A program made the translations under genes and the position numbers. A DNA stretch of 64,000 bases from assembly GCA_902783035.1 (NCBI GenBank), contig CACZPK010000019.1:4147-68146 (forward strand). Direction: 5' to 3'. The notes under the pieces were generated by a model, which saw nothing but the letters and a program-made list of their open reading frames with translations, was not told the DNA's origin and searched no databases. Source of the DNA: Oscillospiraceae bacterium (GTDB lineage: Bacteria; Bacillota; Clostridia; Oscillospirales; Oscillospiraceae). Shown here one piece after another: positions 59,068-64,000 of this stretch; the stretch's first letter is position 1; each line of letters opens with the position of its first letter.

Positions 59068-60000
59068 TCAGGTGAGCGCGAAAGCTGCCATTACAACGAA
59101 AGCGATCAGTGTGAGCACCGTGGAGAACGAGATCGTTGTCGAAACGTACTCTTCGCTGCCCTTGAGCTCGGAGAAGATGGGAATGCTGAACGAAGGCGGC
59201 AGCAGAAACACCAGCACGACGGCAAACATTTGCACGCGGTCATAGGCGACGATTTGAAAAACGCTAAAGACGCACAGCGCGGCGACCACGCCCATAACAG
59301 CAAGGCGCAGCAGCGACGTGGCAATTACCGGCCTCATGGCCTCCTTGCGGAAGGAAAGGGAATAACCGAGGAACAGCAGCACCAGCACCGTCGTCGGCGC
59401 GGTAATGAAATCAACGGCGGTGACATAGGTTTCCCAGAGCGGCGTGCGCGCCAGCAGTTCATCCATACCCGCGAGGCCCAGCGCCATACCCAGCAGCATT
59501 CCGTCAAAAGGCGCGGCGGAAAACATGCCGCGCACGATTTCGCCGGCGGCGGGACTGTGTCCGTCGGTGACGCGCAGGAACGTCAGCGCCACGGTGAAAA
59601 AGAACGCCGTGTGCGGAAGATCCGCCATCGCAAAAGCCTGCTGCCCTTCTACACCGAAAAGCATTGCGATGAGCGGGTAACCGAGCATTCCGCTCTCACA
59701 GGTGGTGATGAGCACGGGCAGATACTTTCCGAACTGTGGAAAAGCCTTTGCGAGCAGTATCCCTGCGCCGAGCGCCAGCAAAAAGCCGAGGAACACAACG
59801 AGGATCACAACGACAGCCGAAGCGGAGTATTCCGCCGTGAACATTGCGTTGAACAGAATGAGCGGGAGCAGGATCTTGCCGACGATATTCTTGATCGCCG
59901 CAACACCGGACTCGGTGATCCAGCCGCGGCGCCGCGACACCGCGCCCAACGCAAGCACGACGGAGATGGGGAAGATCAGGTTGATGATTGCAAGGGCCAA
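59068..60000 (-). CDS. AEC (auxin efflux carrier) family transporter
   Basis: About 10 TM; LLPLILF, ESGMLGYPL, LPPSF; GGAGGT before TTG 60000. Confidence 0.8.
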   Translation of the reverse strand: MALAIINLIFPISVVLALGAVSRRRGWITESGVAAIKNIVGKILLPLILFNAMFTAEYSASAVVVILVVFLGFLLALGAGILLAKAFPQFGKYLPVLITTCESGMLGYPLIAMLFGVEGQQAFAMADLPHTAFFFTVALTFLRVTDGHSPAAGEIVRGMFSAAPFDGMLLGMALGLAGMDELLARTPLWETYVTAVDFITAPTTVLVLLFLGYSLSFRKEAMRPVIATSLLRLAVMGVVAALCVFSVFQIVAYDRVQMFAVVLVFLLPPSFSIPIFSELKGSEEYVSTTISFSTVLTLIAFVVMAAFALT

Positions 60001-60039
60001 AAAACCACCTCCAATTTTATCAAGCTCCATTTTTCGGAG

Positions 60040-60075
60040 AAAAACGGCTGCCACAGCAAAGAGCTATGGCAGTCG
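60040..60075 (-). terminator. Terminator after the cupin gene
   Basis: Minus strand CGACTGCCATAGC-tcttt-GCTGTGGCAGCCG-TTTTT. Confidence 0.65.
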
Positions 60076-60083
60076 AGGTTTTC

Positions 60084-60434
60084 TTAATACTTGTAGTCTT
60101 TCACTTCTACCTTGTCGACTTCCTGATAGGGAGCGAGGGTCGAGACCATCTTTACGGCTTCGTCATAGTTGTTGACTACGTAATGGACTTCACCGGGCTC
60201 GACGTGGATCATCTGTCCGGGGGTGAGCGTGTTGACCTTGCCGTCCACCACGATATCCACCTTGCCGCTGAGGATATAGAAATTTTCCTCCATGACATTG
60301 TGATAATGGGCGGTGAAGTCCTGCCCGGGCTGGAACTGCACAAGCGCGAAGTTCATGCGGGGCCCCTTCATCAAATATTTGGGACCGCTGTCACCAAAGC
60401 GGTATTCAAAATCATCCTCATGCACAACAAACAT
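60084..60434 (-). CDS. Cupin domain protein
   Basis: HYH...EENFYILSG..PG...H.EPGEVH metal motifs; GAGGAG RBS. Confidence 0.88.
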   Translation of the reverse strand: MFVVHEDDFEYRFGDSGPKYLMKGPRMNFALVQFQPGQDFTAHYHNVMEENFYILSGKVDIVVDGKVNTLTPGQMIHVEPGEVHYVVNNYDEAVKMVSTLAPYQEVDKVEVKDYKY

Positions 60435-60454
60435 AATTGCTCTCTCCTCTCAAA

Positions 60455-62020
60455 TCAAACGCCCGGGGCGCTCCACATGTATTTGGTAACATGCTCGTCG
60501 GACAAACGAAGCTGGGCTTCATAGACCTTGCGCCACACCGGATACAACGCTTCGTAAACCTTGTGGTTTTCCATGTTTGGCTCAAACGAGCGGTCCCATT
60601 TGACGCACCTTTCCGCGCCGCGGGCAATGCTGTCGTAAATACCGACGCCGTAACCCGCGAGGATCGCCGCGCCAAGCGCCGTAGCCTCCTTGACCACGGG
60701 CACTTTGACGCTCAGGCCCAGCACGTCGGCGAGAATCTGGCACCAGAGCGGGCTCTTGCTCGCGCCGCCGGCGAAGATAATTTCCTTCGGGGCGTTGCCC
60801 GTTGTCTCGCGCACCAGTTCCAGATGCCCGCGCGTCACCATGGCGGTGTTCTCCAAAATGGCGCGATAGAACGTGTAGCGGTTAAACTTCTCCGGGTCAA
60901 GCTCGAAGTTCGTGAATGTCGGCGCGGCGTGCCGCCAACTGGTAAAGTTCATCACATCGGAGAAGGCACAGAGCATTCCGTAGCTGCCGGCGGGGACTTT
61001 CTCCGCTGCCCGGTTCATCAGGTCGTAGGGATCGGCGCCCGTTTCGGCCGCGAGCTTCTTCTCCAACTGGCAGAAGCCGTCGCGGAACCAGCGCATCACA
61101 AGGCCGGGCTTAAACGCCAGTGCCTCAAACTGCCAGACACCCGGCACGGCGTGGCAATTGACGCGCACGCGGCACTTTTCGTCGGTCTGCGCCACACCGG
61201 TATTGAACTCATACTGCCAGAAGCTGCCGCCGAATACCGCCGCGCTGCCCGGCTCGACCGCGCCGACACCGATGCAGCCAAGCTGGCAGTCGCCGCCGCC
61301 GACGACCACAGGCGTTCCTTCGGCAAGCCCGGTATCCGCTGCGCCTTTGGCGTTCACCGCGCCGATGCGCGTGCCGCTCTCGACGATCTTCGGGAAGATG
61401 TCGCTCCGCAGGCCGCAGCGCTCCGCGATGGAGGGGTCCCAGCTGCGCGACTTGAGATCGAGGATGCCCGTCGTGGAACCGTTAGACGGCTCCACCGCGA
61501 GGATGCCGGTCAACTTATAAATCAGCCAATCGTTGAACATGCCGAGGGTTGCGGTCTTTTCGTAGACCTCGGGCATTTTGTTTTTGACCCACAGCAGACG
61601 CGGCAGCGCGCCGAGGGCATACGCCTCTCCGGATTGGAGATACAGCTCCTTTTCAAGCCCCGGGTACTGCTTGATCAGCTGCGAAACCTCGTCGGTGCTG
61701 CGTGCGTCCACGTTGGCGCAGGCCCAGATCTCGCTGCCGTCCTTGTCGTAGAGCAGGATGCCCTCGCGCATACAGGTCGTCGAGATCGCGGCAATTTCTT
61801 TCGGGTCGGCGCCGGTCTCTTTCAGCACACCCCGGATACAGCCGGAGGCAAGCGTCCAGTTGTGCGTCCAGTCAAAATCCATGCTGCCGGGGAAGCGGGG
61901 GTCTTCCCTGTGTTCCCACTCCTCCTGCACGCAGCCGAGCTGGTTGCCATCCAGATCGAACAGCACGGCACGGACGCTGCCGGTGCCGGCATCGATTGCA
62001 AGCAGGTACTTTGCTGCCAT
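60455..62020 (-). CDS. lsrK: Autoinducer-2 kinase
   Basis: YLLAIDAGTGSVRAV, PGSMDFD, CMREG, WACANVDAR, GGSFWQ, RVNCH, C-terminal WSAPG. Confidence 0.9.
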   Translation of the reverse strand: MAAKYLLAIDAGTGSVRAVLFDLDGNQLGCVQEEWEHREDPRFPGSMDFDWTHNWTLASGCIRGVLKETGADPKEIAAISTTCMREGILLYDKDGSEIWACANVDARSTDEVSQLIKQYPGLEKELYLQSGEAYALGALPRLLWVKNKMPEVYEKTATLGMFNDWLIYKLTGILAVEPSNGSTTGILDLKSRSWDPSIAERCGLRSDIFPKIVESGTRIGAVNAKGAADTGLAEGTPVVVGGGDCQLGCIGVGAVEPGSAAVFGGSFWQYEFNTGVAQTDEKCRVRVNCHAVPGVWQFEALAFKPGLVMRWFRDGFCQLEKKLAAETGADPYDLMNRAAEKVPAGSYGMLCAFSDVMNFTSWRHAAPTFTNFELDPEKFNRYTFYRAILENTAMVTRGHLELVRETTGNAPKEIIFAGGASKSPLWCQILADVLGLSVKVPVVKEATALGAAILAGYGVGIYDSIARGAERCVKWDRSFEPNMENHKVYEALYPVWRKVYEAQLRLSDEHVTKYMWSAPGV

Positions 62021-62052
62021 AAGCGGTTACCTCCTGTTTATGATGGGTGAGT

Positions 62053-62979
62053 TTATTGTGGTATCTGTTCCGACTTGAGGATCGCCTCGGCGGTTGCCTC
62101 ATCCGTGATGAGTACATCAAGATAGCCGCCGCGCAGCACCGCGCGGATCGCCTCTGCCTTGGCCGTTCCCGCGGCAACGCCGATGACGTTGTGCAGGCTC
62201 TTGAGCGTATCGAGGCTTGTGCTGATCGTGCGTGCCTCCAGATCGGTCGAGACAGCCTCGCCGTTCTCGTTGATGAAGTGGCTCAGAATATCGCCCACCG
62301 CGCCGTTGCGCTTGAGCAGCAGAAAATCGTTGCCTGTCAACAGCCCGCTCATCAGGACCGTCGCCTTGTCGTTCATCGCGCCGATGCCAATTACCGAGAG
62401 GGACGAAAGCGGCACGAGGTCGCGCACGTCCTGCACCAGTTTTTCGGATTTCATCGCCGCGGCGACTTCTTCGCTTGAGACGATCAGCGGCGTCGGGATC
62501 AGATACAGGCGTGAGCGGAACACGCCGGAGCGCGCGTCGGGCAGATAATAACTCACGCCGCCGGTGAGCGAAACGCACGAGATCGTGTGCTCGGCGTTGA
62601 TGGCAAGGTGATTGAGCACGCGGCTCGTGGTGTCGCCGTAGCCGATGTTGATGAACGTCTCGCCGGTGATCCGGCTGCTGATATACATTGAAGCGGCCTT
62701 GGCGACGTTGTTGTTCACGTCCTCCGGCGAAGGCGGGGACGGCACGACGAAGCAGTCCTTCAGCGCGAACTGCGCGGCGAGGCGCTGCTCCGCTTCAAGC
62801 CGCTTTTCGCTGTCGTGGCGGAAACGGAACTGAATGATGCCGACCTGCTTTGCACGCTCGAGCAGCTTGATGACCTTCATGCGGCTCAAACCCAGCAACT
62901 CGGAGATCTGCACCTGCGTCAGTTCATCGTGGTAATAGTACCATGCGGCTTTCGCCATCAGGATTTCCTCGTAGTCCAT
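62053..62979 (-). CDS. lsrR: SorC/DeoR-type sugar-binding repressor LsrR
   Basis: AAWYYYHDELTQ..LSRMKV HTH; IGYGDT, SLTGGVSYY, GAVGDIL; upstream of lsrK. Confidence 0.85.
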   Translation of the reverse strand: MDYEEILMAKAAWYYYHDELTQVQISELLGLSRMKVIKLLERAKQVGIIQFRFRHDSEKRLEAEQRLAAQFALKDCFVVPSPPSPEDVNNNVAKAASMYISSRITGETFINIGYGDTTSRVLNHLAINAEHTISCVSLTGGVSYYLPDARSGVFRSRLYLIPTPLIVSSEEVAAAMKSEKLVQDVRDLVPLSSLSVIGIGAMNDKATVLMSGLLTGNDFLLLKRNGAVGDILSHFINENGEAVSTDLEARTISTSLDTLKSLHNVIGVAAGTAKAEAIRAVLRGGYLDVLITDEATAEAILKSEQIPQ

Positions 62980-63014
62980 ATTCTTGCTTACCCCAGAAAC
63001 AATTGAAAGCGTAA

Positions 63015-63027
63015 TGAACAAATGTTC
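63015..63027. promoter_or_regulatory. Putative LsrR operator (lsrR side)
   Basis: TGAACAAATGTTC just downstream of the minus-strand promoter TTGACA-17-TATTCT (63038..63066). Confidence 0.6.
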
Positions 63028-63216
63028 TGCCAAATTTAGAATAACAGAGCCGCACGAACCTGTCAAGAGATTCCGCGCGGCACAGAACCTCATCCGAGAG
63101 GGATTATAAACCTTTCTGCTATATCTTACAAATAGAAAATACGCAAAAAGAAAACTTCATGCATGTTGTATAAATAAGGGCTGCATTTTTTTGGTATTGT
63201 ACCGAAAGCAAGCGTA

Positions 63217-63245
63217 TTGACAAAAATAGTGCAGAACGATAAACT
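63217..63245 (+). promoter_or_regulatory. Sigma-A promoter of lsrA
   Basis: TTGACA-17 nt-TAAACT. Confidence 0.7.
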
Positions 63246-63270
63246 ATAAAAGCAAATATTACTGGTAGAC

Positions 63271-63281
63271 AACAAATGTTC
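63271..63281. promoter_or_regulatory. Putative LsrR operator (lsrA side)
   Basis: AACAAATGTTC, same core as 63017..63027. Confidence 0.6.
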
Positions 63282-63354
63282 GCCGGTAGGGTGCTGATCG
63301 CATCATTTTATTTATATGAATTCCTTTCAGATCAAAACACGCGGAGGAATGACT

Positions 63355-64000
63355 GTGGCTAACGAGACAACCGGTCAGGCCGCGCAGTATACGCTGTCGG
63401 TCAAAAACATCACGAAGTCCTTCGGCACCAATGCGGTGCTCAAGGGGATCAGCATGGATCTCACGGCGGGCGAAGTGCTGGTGCTCATCGGCGGCAACGG
63501 CGCCGGCAAGAGCACGTTGATGAAGATCATCATGGGCATCTATCAGCCGGATAGCGGCGAAATCAGCGTTTCAGGCAGAAGCGTCAATATGACCAAGCCG
63601 TCCGTCGCGCTCGCGGAAGGCATTTATATGGTGCCGCAGGAGCCGATGCTGTTTCCGAATATGACGGTGGAGGAGAACATCCTCATTGGATTCAAGGAAA
63701 GCCCCATCGAGTTGAAACGCCGCCTTGCCAAGCACATCAAGGAGCTGGGCTTCAAGCTCAATCTCCAGCGCAAGGCGAATACGCTCTCCATCGCCGAGCA
63801 GCAGCTCGTCGAGATCCTGCGCGGGATGATGCGCGAGGCGAAGATCCTCATCCTCGACGAGCCGACGAGCGCGCTGACATTCGGCGAAGTGCAGTCGCTC
63901 TTCAAGGTCGTGGAAGACCTCAAGGCAAAGGGCATCAGCATGATCTACATCACGCACCGCCTCACGGAGGTCTTTGAGATCGCCACCGACGTCGCCATCA
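63355..64000 (+). CDS. lsrA: Sugar-type ABC transporter ATP-binding protein, AI-2 import (runs off the window)
   Basis: GGAGG RBS; GGNGAGKSTLMK Walker A, VPQEP, LILDEPT Walker B, YITH; divergent from lsrR. Confidence 0.82.
   Translation, partial: MANETTGQAAQYTLSVKNITKSFGTNAVLKGISMDLTAGEVLVLIGGNGAGKSTLMKIIMGIYQPDSGEISVSGRSVNMTKPSVALAEGIYMVPQEPMLFPNMTVEENILIGFKESPIELKRRLAKHIKELGFKLNLQRKANTLSIAEQQLVEILRGMMREAKILILDEPTSALTFGEVQSLFKVVEDLKAKGISMIYITHRLTEVFEIATDVAI

Overview
High-GC chromosomal segment of a sporulating Clostridia-class bacterium (Oscillospiraceae-like by gene content and protein style; inference). It holds core metabolism and housekeeping genes (trxA, pssA-psd, gap, pfkA, glnA, hemW, spoVAC, a parE/parC-like topoisomerase pair) and an alanine/glycine symporter under a tandem glycine riboswitch. 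Signalling genes are dense: three GGDEF cyclases, two paralogous EAL proteins (one frameshifted), a hybrid kinase with two convergent paralogous receivers, and a KdpDE-like pair. Several SLH surface proteins and a divergent lsrR-lsrK / lsrA AI-2 locus are also present. The most striking feature is at 51.4-58.9 kb. An intact ~1230-codon S-layer gene has lost its promoter, RBS and start codon exactly inside the signal-peptide n-region, and it abuts the stop codon of a three-gene serine-recombinase operon with its own promoter. This is a candidate recombinase-driven S-layer switching or reconstitution system. Other notable items are a DnaA-box cluster at the topoisomerase promoter, a GAPDH with an NADP-type cofactor fingerprint, and a 69-bp hairpin tandem repeat in the kdpDE-like leader. 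No rRNA, tRNA or CRISPR array was recognised.
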